The translations under genes and the position numbers were made by a program. Shown one piece after another: positions 44,258 to 52,952 of a stretch of DNA of 59,645 bases (within the stretch, counting starts at the first letter, position 1; each line of letters starts with the position of its first letter). The notes under the pieces are model-generated. The model ran no database searches, had not been told where the DNA came from, and saw nothing but the letters and a program-made list of their open reading frames with translations. This stretch comes from Candidatus Eiseniibacteriota bacterium. GTDB lineage: Bacteria > Eisenbacteria > RBG-16-71-46. The stretch spans positions 1 to 59,645 of the forward strand of contig JBGPFC010000026.1 in assembly GCA_041483195.1 (NCBI GenBank), written 5' to 3'.

Positions 44258-44740
44258 TCAGTCGCCCCAATCCTGGTCGTCGTGCTGCGAGCGCCAGCCG
44301 CCATCGCGCCAGTGGTAGCTGTCCACGCACGCGCCGTTGTCGAGCTCGATGACGCGCACGATCCGCGGGTGGTGGTGGCAATAGAGGTGCTCGCGGTAGA
44401 CCTCGAGCGACGGGAACTGCTCGTCGCAGTATGGGTCGTAATATCCGTACGAAGCGCGGACCACGACCGGCGGCGCGCTGTGCGCGACCGCGGTGCCGAG
44501 CACGAAGCCACCGATCAGGCCCGCGATCAGCGGAGCGGCGCTCGAGTGGCGGTCGCCGTAGAACGCGCGCGGCGCGTAGCCGAGGTGACGCACCGCCGGG
44601 GGCGGACCGTATCCCGGCAGGCCCCTGTAGCGGCGGCCATGCCCGGAGCCGGCCTGCGCGGCGGGTGAGAGAACGGCCACCGCCATCGCGGCGAGCACGA
44701 GGGCGGAGATTCCGCGCTTGGAGTTCAGGAGCGTCTTCAT
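44258..44740 (-). CDS. Small secreted protein with glycine-zipper-like helix and zinc-finger-like motif
   Basis: GGAGGA RBS; MKTLLNSKR..AAQA signal; LIAGLIGGFVLG; DPYCDEQFPSLEVYREHLYCHHH. Confidence 0.75.
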   Translation of the reverse strand: MKTLLNSKRGISALVLAAMAVAVLSPAAQAGSGHGRRYRGLPGYGPPPAVRHLGYAPRAFYGDRHSSAAPLIAGLIGGFVLGTAVAHSAPPVVVRASYGYYDPYCDEQFPSLEVYREHLYCHHHPRIVRVIELDNGACVDSYHWRDGGWRSQHDDQDWGD

Positions 44741-44783
44741 GGATTCCTCCCGGTTGCGGACGTGATGCTCTGCGACGATCCAG

Positions 44784-44799
44784 AGCAGGGCGCGTGCCA
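44784..44799 (-). promoter_or_regulatory. Sigma-54 (-24/-12) promoter
   Basis: TGGCACGCGCCCTGCT has GG-N10-GC spacing, 43 nt upstream of ATG 44740. Confidence 0.65.
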
Positions 44800-44907
44800 C
44801 CCTGGTCCGGACCGAAACGGCGCGTGGTCGCAATCGTTTGGACGGATCCGCGAGCGCCGGGGTTGGGTGCGGGGCGCCGGGCTGTGGCGGCCCCGCCACA
44901 CGGCGCG

Positions 44908-45285
44908 CTATGGCCGCGTCACGGTGTGCAGGCCCGAGCCGTTCACCCACTTCACGTAGCCGCCGGGCTTGACCGGTCCGCTGGGAGCCGTGAAGAAGAA
45001 ATTGCCCATCGGGATGATGATCGAGTCCGCGCCTCCGCCGATCACCTGGATCGTGCCGGTCATGCTCGGATGGTGGCGGCAGCGAAAGTCGAAGCTCCCG
45101 GTCGCGTTGAAGGTGTGGACGAAGATGCTCGTCGGCCCGGCCGTCGCGAGATCTCCCGATTCGAAGGGTTCGACGGTCGGCGTCGGCGCGGCCGGGTTCG
45201 ACTTGCTCTTCGAGCAGGCGGAGAAGCCGATCAGCGCGACGATGGCGAGGGTGAGCGAGAGCGCGACTTGATGCCGTGAAACCAT
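44908..45285 (-). CDS. Cupredoxin (plastocyanin-like) lipoprotein, circularly permuted
   Basis: AGGAG RBS; lipobox FSAC; CRHHPSM precedes VKWVN..HTVT. Confidence 0.82.
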   Translation of the reverse strand: MVSRHQVALSLTLAIVALIGFSACSKSKSNPAAPTPTVEPFESGDLATAGPTSIFVHTFNATGSFDFRCRHHPSMTGTIQVIGGGADSIIIPMGNFFFTAPSGPVKPGGYVKWVNGSGLHTVTRP

Positions 45286-45593
45286 GGAGCCACTCCTGCG
45301 TTCGGCCGTGCGTGGGACGAGATTCGCGAGGGGGGGGGGCGCCCACTCTGGATGTATGAAGCTCTTCCCGAGGTCCGGAACCATTCGGGCATCGCCCAGT
45401 AGCCGCAAGGGTTTATCGATGCTGAACCGGGCGCCGCCGCTGGCCGCGCACCGCAGGCGCGAGTTCGCATACGAGATCGTGCCCAGGGCGCCCGCCGTCC
45501 GCGGAATTGGGGCTCGCCCCACCGATCGCGCCGGGCATAGACTTACATCCCCCACGAGAACCGTCTCGATCCGTCGCGTTGACGGGAGGTCCC

Positions 45594-46223
45594 ATGAAAC
45601 GTTTGATCCCACTGCTCGTGCTCGTCCTCACGCTCTCGCCGCTCATCGTCTCCGCCGCCGCTCTCAGCGTGCCATCACCCTCCAATTCGTCGATCGAGCC
45701 CTGCCTCCGGGTATGCCCGGCGGGCGATTTCGGGTTCCACATCGTGGTGCGCGATCTCGCCAGCAACCCGGTCGTCGGCTCAATGGTCGTGATCGACTTC
45801 TGTGGCTGCTCGAACGTCGTGCTGTGCCCGGTGTCCACGACCGATCCCTATCTGCGGGCGAGCCCCTGCTCGATCAGGCAGGTCACGGACGCGTCCGGCT
45901 CCGTGAACTTCCCGATTCGCGCGGGGGGGGTCTGCGGCGGCGCGGGGGCCGTGGTGTACGCCGACGGCGTGCTGCTCGCGTATCGCAGCGTCGCGTCCCC
46001 CGACCAGAACGGAAACCTGATCGTGGACGGGCCGGACGTCGCGCTGCTCGCGGCGAAGATCGGCTCTGGCGATCCTACCGGGGATCTCGACTGCGACGGC
46101 CTGGTGACGCAGGCCGACTCCGACATTCTCACGCACGTGCATATCGGGCACCTGTGCCCGCCGCCGGATCCCACGCCGTCCTCCCGCACCACATGGGGAC
46201 GGCTGAAGACCATCTACCGCTAG
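45594..46223 (+). CDS. Secreted Cys-rich protein with dockerin/EF-hand-like loops and TWGxLKxxYR tail
   Basis: GGAGG RBS; signal peptide; DQNGNLIVDGPD and DLDCDGLVTQAD; ends TTWGRLKTIYR. Confidence 0.82.
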   Translation: MKRLIPLLVLVLTLSPLIVSAAALSVPSPSNSSIEPCLRVCPAGDFGFHIVVRDLASNPVVGSMVVIDFCGCSNVVLCPVSTTDPYLRASPCSIRQVTDASGSVNFPIRAGGVCGGAGAVVYADGVLLAYRSVASPDQNGNLIVDGPDVALLAAKIGSGDPTGDLDCDGLVTQADSDILTHVHIGHLCPPPDPTPSSRTTWGRLKTIYR

Positions 46224-46405
46224 GGCGAGCGCCGCGCGGCGCGGGTAGCCGCGTCGCGCGGCAGCCGCGCCGCGTCGATCAGCGCGCGGCGCAGCAAGAA
46301 CTCGATCTGGGCGTTCAGGCTCCTCAGATCGTCGGCCGCCCAGCGCTGCAGCGCGTCGAGCGTCTGCGGATCGAGCCGCAGCAGGAAGGGTCTGCGCTCC
46401 GCCAC
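46220..46405 (-). CDS. Arc-family ribbon-helix-helix DNA-binding protein
   Basis: (M)AERRPFLLRLDP..DALQRWAADDLRSLNAQIEFLLR; directly downstream of the SPFH gene. Confidence 0.85.
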   Translation of the reverse strand: MAERRPFLLRLDPQTLDALQRWAADDLRSLNAQIEFLLRRALIDAARLPRDAATRAARRSP

Positions 46406-46416
46406 GAGCCCCCCGC

Positions 46417-47289
46417 CTACGTGTACAGCGTGCCGGTGTTGACGACGGGCTGGGTGTGCGAATCGCTGCACAGCACGACGAGCAGATTACTCACCATCGC
46501 GGCCTTGCGCTCGTCGTCGAGCACGACGAGCTGCTTCTGCGAGATCTGCTCGAGCGCCATCTCGACCATCCCGACCGCGCCCTCGACGATCTTCTGACGC
46601 GCGGCGACGACCGCGCTCGCCTGCTGGCGCCGCAGCATCGCGCCCGCGATCTCGGGCGCGTAGGCGAGGTGGCTGATCCGGGCCTCGATCACCTCGACCC
46701 CGGCCTGAGCGAGCCGGGCCTGGATCTCCTTGCGGAGCTGCTCCGCGACGTCCGGGGCGTTTCCCCGCAGCGAATGCTCGCCATCGACGTGGGCATCGTA
46801 CGAATACGTCGTCGCGAGATTGCGAACCGCGGACTCTGTCTGCACCTTGACGAAGTTCTCGTAGTTGTCGACGTGGAACATCGCTTCCGCGGTCTCGACC
46901 ACCTTCCACACCACCACCGCCGCGATCTCGATCGGGTTGCCGGTGAGGTCGTTCACCTTGAGCTTGGCGCTCTCGAAGTTGCGCACCCGCAACGACACCG
47001 TGCGGCGCAGGCTGAAGGGATTGATCCACCAGAACCCCGGATCCTTGAGGCTCCCGGCGTAGCTGCCGAACACCAGCAGCACCCTCGCCTGATTGGGGTT
47101 GACGATCGTGAGCCCGAACGCGCTCACGACGGTCGCGGCCCAGAGCAGCGCGCTCCCCAGCACGCTGATCGCGCCCGCGTGATCGCGAACCGCCGAGACG
47201 AACCACGCGATGGCGAAGATGAAGAGGAAGATCAACAGCATGAGCATGAACCCGCCCGACACTCGTGAGGCCTGCTTCTCGTGAATCAT
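46417..47289 (-). CDS. SPFH / Band 7 domain membrane protein
   Basis: Two TMs; KVNDLTGNPIEIAAVVVW, LAYAPEIAGAMLRRQQA, MVSNLLVVLC..PVVNTGTLY. Confidence 0.92.
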   Translation of the reverse strand: MIHEKQASRVSGGFMLMLLIFLFIFAIAWFVSAVRDHAGAISVLGSALLWAATVVSAFGLTIVNPNQARVLLVFGSYAGSLKDPGFWWINPFSLRRTVSLRVRNFESAKLKVNDLTGNPIEIAAVVVWKVVETAEAMFHVDNYENFVKVQTESAVRNLATTYSYDAHVDGEHSLRGNAPDVAEQLRKEIQARLAQAGVEVIEARISHLAYAPEIAGAMLRRQQASAVVAARQKIVEGAVGMVEMALEQISQKQLVVLDDERKAAMVSNLLVVLCSDSHTQPVVNTGTLYT

Positions 47290-47306
47290 GGCGCCCTCCT
47301 CCGGGG

Positions 47307-47336
47307 TGATGTCAGAATGATATCATAATGATGTCA
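47307..47336. promoter_or_regulatory. Triple TGAT(G/A)TCA operator array
   Basis: TGATGTCA-gaa-TGATATCA-taa-TGATGTCA with an 11-bp period, just upstream of the SPFH RBS. Confidence 0.75.
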
Positions 47337-47464
47337 CTCGCCACCAGAGGGATTCCGGGAATTTCGGAGGGGAGGGCGATCCCCGCCCGGCGCAGCGGGT
47401 TGCGATGGGTGCACGCCGCCCGGAGCGGCCGCGCGCCCGGAGCGGGCCGCGGGCGGCGCCGCGT

Positions 47465-47989
47465 TCAGCGCGTGAGCGAGCGGATCAGGTCTTCGAACTC
47501 GGGGAAGCGTCGCGCGAGCGCATCGCGCTCGCCGGTCGCGTAGTCGCGAAGATCGAAGCCGGGCGAGACGGTGGTTCCGAGCAGCGCGAACGATCCTCCC
47601 GGTTTGAGCCGCGAGCCCTGCCACACGCCGCGCGGCACCACGACCTGCGGGCGCATGCCCGCCGCGAGATCCGTCCCGAGCGTGAGCACGTGCCCGCCGC
47701 CCGCGGGGTCGAGCTGCAGCATCTCGACCGGATCGCCGAGATAGAAGTGGAAGATCTCGTCGGAGCCGAGCCGGTGCATCGCCGAGAACATGTTGGGCGT
47801 GATCATGAAGTAGATCGCGGTGGCGATCGGTCGCGGCTCGCCCGCCGGCGCGCCGGCGGACGATGCGCCGGCCCCGGCCGCGCCGCCCCCGAGCCGCAGG
47901 TCGCTGCGATAGGTCTCTGCGTAGTACCCGCCCTCCAGGGGATGCGGCTCGAGTCCCAACCAGCGCCGGATATCCGCGGGGTCGATCAT
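47465..47989 (-). CDS. Cupin_5 (DUF985) protein
   Basis: LEPHPLEGGYYAETYRS, TAIYF, HRLGSDEIFHFYLG, GTTVSPGFD. Confidence 0.9.
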   Translation of the reverse strand: MIDPADIRRWLGLEPHPLEGGYYAETYRSDLRLGGGAAGAGASSAGAPAGEPRPIATAIYFMITPNMFSAMHRLGSDEIFHFYLGDPVEMLQLDPAGGGHVLTLGTDLAAGMRPQVVVPRGVWQGSRLKPGGSFALLGTTVSPGFDLRDYATGERDALARRFPEFEDLIRSLTR

Positions 47990-48107
47990 GCCGCTCTCCT
48001 CGGCCGGAGCGCGCGGTGGGGCCGCGCGCGGGGCGTCAACGACGGCGGCCCGGGAGCAAGCCCGGGCCGCGCGTCGCACGTGCGGATCACATCGATGACG
48101 GGTTCCG

Positions 48108-48626
48108 CTAGACGGTGGCCTTCGCCTTCGGCTGATATTCCGGCGCGTTGTGCTCGAAGTCCCACATCATCGGCACGTCCTGCCCCAGCTGCCGCAGGAA
48201 GGCGTAGAGCTGGCCGCGATGATGGAAGAACTCGTCGCGCACCACGTCGAGCGCGAACGCGCCGGGGAAATCCATGCCCCATGGCGTCTTCACCATGCCC
48301 GCGAGGTGCGTGTCGCCGATCTGGGCGACCGCCTTGTCCGCGGCGTTCCAGCATTCGCGGCAGTACGCGACCAGCTCGTCGCGGGTCTTGATCCGCGCGC
48401 AGATCGCGGGCTCGTCCAACTCCTTGATCTCGCCCGACAGCGCGCCCTCCGCGGTGGCGCGGATCACCATGCCGTAGAGGTGGACCAGCAGCTCCTTCGG
48501 GCTCCGCATCTTCGTGATCGGATGGCTCTCCAGCTTGTCCGACGGGACCGCCGCGACCAACCGCATCGCGATGCCGTTCGCCTGCCGCAAGTGATCCCAC
48601 GTGGCGGTGAGGTGCTTCTTGTTCAT
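48108..48626 (-). CDS. DinB family protein
   Basis: MRSPKELLVH..EFFHHRGQLYAFLRQLG..P; GGAGG RBS. Confidence 0.88.
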   Translation of the reverse strand: MNKKHLTATWDHLRQANGIAMRLVAAVPSDKLESHPITKMRSPKELLVHLYGMVIRATAEGALSGEIKELDEPAICARIKTRDELVAYCRECWNAADKAVAQIGDTHLAGMVKTPWGMDFPGAFALDVVRDEFFHHRGQLYAFLRQLGQDVPMMWDFEHNAPEYQPKAKATV

Positions 48627-48974
48627 GCTCTGCCTCCGGTATTGGGGTGGACGCGCGGGGATGATCGATGGGCACGCGTGCGGCGCGCGGGCCCTCACAA
48701 CGGGCGCTGCATAGTCGTTCGTGCGCGGCGGCGGATCAAGCTCCAAGAACATCGACCGGGATTCTTGACGCGGACCAGACGCCCCAATCGGGAGGAAGCC
48801 AGGGCCCCGAGATTCCGCGTCCCGTTCGCTCACGGCTTCCGCATTTTCTGCGTACTTCCGCACGCACGAGCCGGCGTCGCGGCAATCGATTCCGGCGGCG
48901 CGCCCGTTGCCAAGTTCGCCATGGCCAGCGGCTTGAGTCGCGGTCACACCGCGATCCGCCGCGCATTCACGGAC

Positions 48975-48990
48975 CGGCACGGAGGTTGAT
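48975..48990 (+). promoter_or_regulatory. Sigma-54-like promoter with candidate upstream activator site at 48836-48862
   Basis: CGGCACGGAGGTTGAT (-12 element is GA rather than GC); CGCA-ttttc-TGCG at 48840-48852. Confidence 0.5.
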
Positions 48991-49078
48991 ATGTCACTCC
49001 CGCGTGAACGGCAGCCTGGAGCAGACAACTCGATCCTGATTCGGAACACGGCTCGTACCGAAAGAGGAGGTCGCGGTC

Positions 49079-49372
49079 ATGAGGAAGAACGAAGCGGTTC
49101 GGCGGGCGGCCATGGTTGCGATGGTCGCGGCAGTGCTGATGATGGGCGCGGGCGCGGCATCGGCGGCGGCGCGCAAGGCTCCGGCGGACGGAACCCTGAA
49201 GGATCGCACCGACATGCGTGCGCGGCAGGTCTCGAGCTCCAGCAGAGTCTCCAGCCTCCGGGCGTCGTTCGGCACGCTGCTGGGCAAGATCCGGGACTGG
49301 GACTGGGAGGGAATCGGGGTCGGCGGTTCGGCGCCCCGGCTGCCCGTCCAGCAAGTGAGCGGCGATCAGTGA
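49079..49372 (+). CDS. Small secreted hypothetical protein (97 aa)
   Basis: Strong GAGGAGG RBS; signal peptide ending ASA; terminator downstream. Confidence 0.7.
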   Translation: MRKNEAVRRAAMVAMVAAVLMMGAGAASAAARKAPADGTLKDRTDMRARQVSSSSRVSSLRASFGTLLGKIRDWDWEGIGVGGSAPRLPVQQVSGDQ

Positions 49373-49420
49373 TCCTCACGCGATCGGCAGGTCGCGTCGA
49401 GACGGAAGCGAGCGAGGTGT

Positions 49421-49446
49421 GAAGGGGCGGGGCGACCCGCCCCTTC
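49421..49446. terminator. Hairpin with GNRA loop between convergent genes
   Basis: GAAGGGGCGGG-gcga-CCCGCCCCTTC. Confidence 0.7.
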
Positions 49447-49499
49447 TCGCATTCATATTGCCGCGGGCCGGGCGCGATGCCGCATCGCGCCGCGCTCGA

Positions 49500-51356
49500 T
49501 CACGCTCTGCGCCGCCTCTCGCGGGAGGCTCTCGAAGCCGCGGACGCCGCCGGCGACTTCTTTCCGTCCGCCCGGTCTCCGCGGCCCGCCGCATCGACCA
49601 GCGCCCGCGGAACGCTCACCTCCATCGCGAGCAGCGCGTGCGAGAGCGTCTTGCCCTGCGCGTCGAGACGCAGCGAGACCGTGCCGCCGCCGCCCAGGGA
49701 TTCGTGCAGCAGGAAGTTGAGCGCATGGAGATTGGGCACCTCGTGCCGCTCGACCCGGCCCAGGCAAATGCCCTTGAAACGCCGCTGCACCACGCCGGCG
49801 GTGAGGGTGCGGCGGAGCCAGGGATAGATTTCCGCTGCGCGTGCGATCACGCCGATGTTGCAGGTATCGCCCTTGTCTCCGCTCCGCGCGTGCGCGATGG
49901 CGGCGAGCGGCACGCGCACGACCTTCGCGGCGCCCTTCGCTTTCGGCCACGCCGCGCGCGCGAGCGCGGCGGGCGGGCGCGCTGCGACCAGCGGCGTCGG
50001 CCATTCGAGCGTGCGCTCGCCGTCGCGCGTCACCAGCCGCGGCTTCACACGGTCGCGCGGGACCAGCGCCGGCCAGTATGCGACGACCTCCTGCGGCTGC
50101 GGCCGCCCGCCCGTGACCGCGACGCCCGGCGGGCCGGAGAGGATGACCGCCGGCACCATCTTCGCGAAGGCGTCGATCTTCTCGCGGTCGGCGTCGCGCA
50201 CCGAGAGCCGCAGCAGCACCTCGGGCGGATCGGAGGGCGGGGCGAGCGGGCCCCAGCACGCCGAATGGCCCACCAGCTCGGTGTGCGTCGCGTCGAAGCG
50301 GAGCGCGAGCCGCTTCCAGAAGAGCGTCGCGAACGCGCGTGCCTTGGCCGCGGCCTCGGGCGCCGAGATGATGAGCGTGCCGCTCGCTTTCCAACCGTCG
50401 AAGTAGGAGGCGCTCACCTTGAGGCTCGGCGGGGCGGGCCGGCCCTTCGCGCCCCACACGCGCACGCGATCGCGGCCCGCCTGCTCGAGACGGATCGATC
50501 CGAAGTCGGCGACCACGTCGGGCGTGATGTAACTGCGCGGATCGCCCATCTCGTACACCAGCTGTTCCTTCACCGTGCGCACCGAGACGCCGCCGCCGGT
50601 GCCGGCGTGCTTGGTGACGACGAACGATCCGTCGGGAGACACCTCGATCAGCGGGTAGCCGATCGCATCGAGCCGCGGAATGCGCCGCCAATCGGTGAAG
50701 TTGCCCCCGGTGGATTGCGCGCCGCACTCCACGATGTGCCCGGCGACGATCCCGGAGGCGAGGCGGTCCCAGTCGTCCGGCGCCCAGTCGAAAGCATGGA
50801 TCATGGGCGCGAGCGTGATGCCGGTATCGGTGCAGCGCCCGGTGACCACGATCTGCGCGCCGCCGCGCAGCGCCTCGACCACCGGCCAGGCCCCGTAGTA
50901 CGCGTTGGCGGACGAGACGCGATCGCGCACCCGCGCGAACGAGGCTCTGTCGTCCATGTTGTCGAGCGTGACCCCCGCCGCGTTCAGCTCGCCCAGCCGG
51001 TCCATGAGGTCGTCGCCCACCACCGCCGCCACCTCGAACGCGTGGCCGTGCAGCTGCGCCATCTCGAGGATCGCGCCCCGGCACGCGAGCGGGTTCACGC
51101 CGCCCGCGTTCGAGATCACGCGCGTCCCGCGCGCGACCAGCAGCGGCAGCGTCTCCTCGACCTGCGCGACGAAATCACGCGCGTAACCCGCCCGCGGATC
51201 GCGGGCGCGCTGCTTCTGCATGATGGACATGGTGATCTCGGCGAGAAAATCGAGCGTCACGTAGTCCACCGGGCCGAGCTCGACCTGTCGCTTGAACTGC
51301 TCGAGATCGTCGCCCCAGTAGCCACCGGCGTTGGCGATGCGGATCAGGTTGGGCAC
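49500..51356 (-). CDS. Acyclic terpene utilization AtuA family protein (DUF1446 plus C-terminal domain)
   Basis: IRIANAGGYWGD, DFLAEITM, NAGGVNP, GHIVECGAQSTGGN, HARSGDKGD, LDAQGK; GTG start at 51356. Confidence 0.9.
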   Translation of the reverse strand: MPNLIRIANAGGYWGDDLEQFKRQVELGPVDYVTLDFLAEITMSIMQKQRARDPRAGYARDFVAQVEETLPLLVARGTRVISNAGGVNPLACRGAILEMAQLHGHAFEVAAVVGDDLMDRLGELNAAGVTLDNMDDRASFARVRDRVSSANAYYGAWPVVEALRGGAQIVVTGRCTDTGITLAPMIHAFDWAPDDWDRLASGIVAGHIVECGAQSTGGNFTDWRRIPRLDAIGYPLIEVSPDGSFVVTKHAGTGGGVSVRTVKEQLVYEMGDPRSYITPDVVADFGSIRLEQAGRDRVRVWGAKGRPAPPSLKVSASYFDGWKASGTLIISAPEAAAKARAFATLFWKRLALRFDATHTELVGHSACWGPLAPPSDPPEVLLRLSVRDADREKIDAFAKMVPAVILSGPPGVAVTGGRPQPQEVVAYWPALVPRDRVKPRLVTRDGERTLEWPTPLVAARPPAALARAAWPKAKGAAKVVRVPLAAIAHARSGDKGDTCNIGVIARAAEIYPWLRRTLTAGVVQRRFKGICLGRVERHEVPNLHALNFLLHESLGGGGTVSLRLDAQGKTLSHALLAMEVSVPRALVDAAGRGDRADGKKSPAASAASRASRERRRRA

Positions 51357-51507
51357 GGCGCGGGAGGGTAGCACACGGCGACCCCGCGCCGTGCGCGGTT
51401 GCCGCGGCCATTCGAGCGTGCTAACTTCGCCCCCGCGAAGCGCATCCATCGCCATTCAGGAGTCCTGCGGGCCGCCCCCCGGTTCGCGACACCCACCCGA
51501 GGTGCCC

Positions 51508-52098
51508 ATGTCCTCCGTTCGCACGCTGACGCTGGCGGATCTCGCCGTGCCCCGCCCCGGCGCGCTCGAGCAATGCATGCTCGTGCTCGCGGCCAGCCTC
51601 GTGACCGCGCTCGCCGCGCAGATCGCGTTCCCCGTGCCCTGGTCGCCGGTGCCGATCACCGGGCAGACCTTCGCGGTGCTGCTGTGCGGTGCGGCGCTCG
51701 GCGCGCGCCGGGCGTTCTTCGCGCAGATGCTCTATCTCGCAGAGGGTGCGCTCGGGCTGCCGGTGTTCGCGGCCGGGGCGTCTGGCGCGCTCACGTTGGC
51801 CGGCCCGACCGGCGGCTACCTCGTCGCGTTCCCGTTCGCGGCGGCGCTCACCGGGGCGCTCGCCGAGCGCGGATGGGACCGGCGTTTCTTGACGATGCTG
51901 GCGGCGATGCTGCTCGGCAGCGTCGTGATCTTCGCGGCCGGGCTCGCGCAGCTCGCGCGCTTCGTGCCGCGGAGCCAGCTGCTGGTCGCGGGGCTGCTGC
52001 CGTTCGTGCCCGGCGATCTCGTGAAGGCTTCGCTCGCCGCGCTCGCGCTTCCCGCGGCCTGGCGTGTCGCGCAGCGCACCCGCGGGACCGGCGCGTGA
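51508..52098 (+). CDS. bioY: Biotin transporter BioY
   Basis: PVPITGQTFAVLL.GA.LG, GLPVFA, GPTGGYL, PFVPGDLVK. Confidence 0.93.
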   Translation: MSSVRTLTLADLAVPRPGALEQCMLVLAASLVTALAAQIAFPVPWSPVPITGQTFAVLLCGAALGARRAFFAQMLYLAEGALGLPVFAAGASGALTLAGPTGGYLVAFPFAAALTGALAERGWDRRFLTMLAAMLLGSVVIFAAGLAQLARFVPRSQLLVAGLLPFVPGDLVKASLAALALPAAWRVAQRTRGTGA

Positions 52099-52952
52099 CG
52101 ATTCGCACGGTGGCCGTGCTCGGCGCCGGCATCATGGGGCGCGGCATCGCGTACGTCGCGATGCTGGGTGGATTCCGCACCGTGCTGCAGGACACCAGCG
52201 ACGAGGCGCTCGACAAGGCCACGAACGACCTGTCCGCGTTGCTCGAGAAGGGTGTCGCGCTCGGCAAGCTCGAAGGCGAGGCGGCCGCCGCCGCCCACAA
52301 GCGCCTGTCCTCCGCGCGTGCGCTCGAGGAGGCGGTCGCCGGCGCCGACCTGGTCATCGAAGCGGTGCCCGAGAACATCGCGCTCAAGGTCGACCTGTTC
52401 GCGAAACTCGACCGGCTCGCGCGTCCGGGCGCGATCCTCGCGACCAACACCTCGTCGCTCTCGATCACCGAGATGGCCGCCGCGACCGGGCGCGCGCCGC
52501 TGGTGGTGGGCATGCACTTCTTCAACCCCGTGCACCGGATGAAGCTGCTCGAGGTGGTGCGCGGGCTCGAGACCAGCGAGGCCACCATCGCGGCCGCCTG
52601 CGCGGTGGGCGAGGCGATGGGCAAGGAATGCATCACCGTGCGCGAATCGCCCGGGTTCGTCACGAGCCGCATCAACGCGATGATCGGGAACGAGGCGTTC
52701 TACATGCTGCAGGAAGGCGTCGCCAGCGCGCGCGACATCGACAAGGCGCTGAAGCTCGGCCTCAATCATCCGATGGGGCCGTTCGAACTCGTGGATCTGG
52801 TCGGGCTCGACACGCGGCTCGCGATCCTCAAATTCCTGAATCGCACGCTCGGCGAAAAGTTCCGGCCCTGCCCGCTCATGGAGCAGTACGTCGCGGCCGG
52901 ACGGCTCGGCCGCAAGGCGGGCCGCGGCGTGTACGAATACGAGGCCTCATGA
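52095..52952 (+). CDS. 3-hydroxyacyl(butyryl)-CoA dehydrogenase
   Basis: GAGIMGRGIA, IEAVPE, ATNTSSL, GMHFFNP, HPMGPF; GTGA overlap with bioY. Confidence 0.92.
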   Translation: MTIRTVAVLGAGIMGRGIAYVAMLGGFRTVLQDTSDEALDKATNDLSALLEKGVALGKLEGEAAAAAHKRLSSARALEEAVAGADLVIEAVPENIALKVDLFAKLDRLARPGAILATNTSSLSITEMAAATGRAPLVVGMHFFNPVHRMKLLEVVRGLETSEATIAAACAVGEAMGKECITVRESPGFVTSRINAMIGNEAFYMLQEGVASARDIDKALKLGLNHPMGPFELVDLVGLDTRLAILKFLNRTLGEKFRPCPLMEQYVAAGRLGRKAGRGVYEYEAS

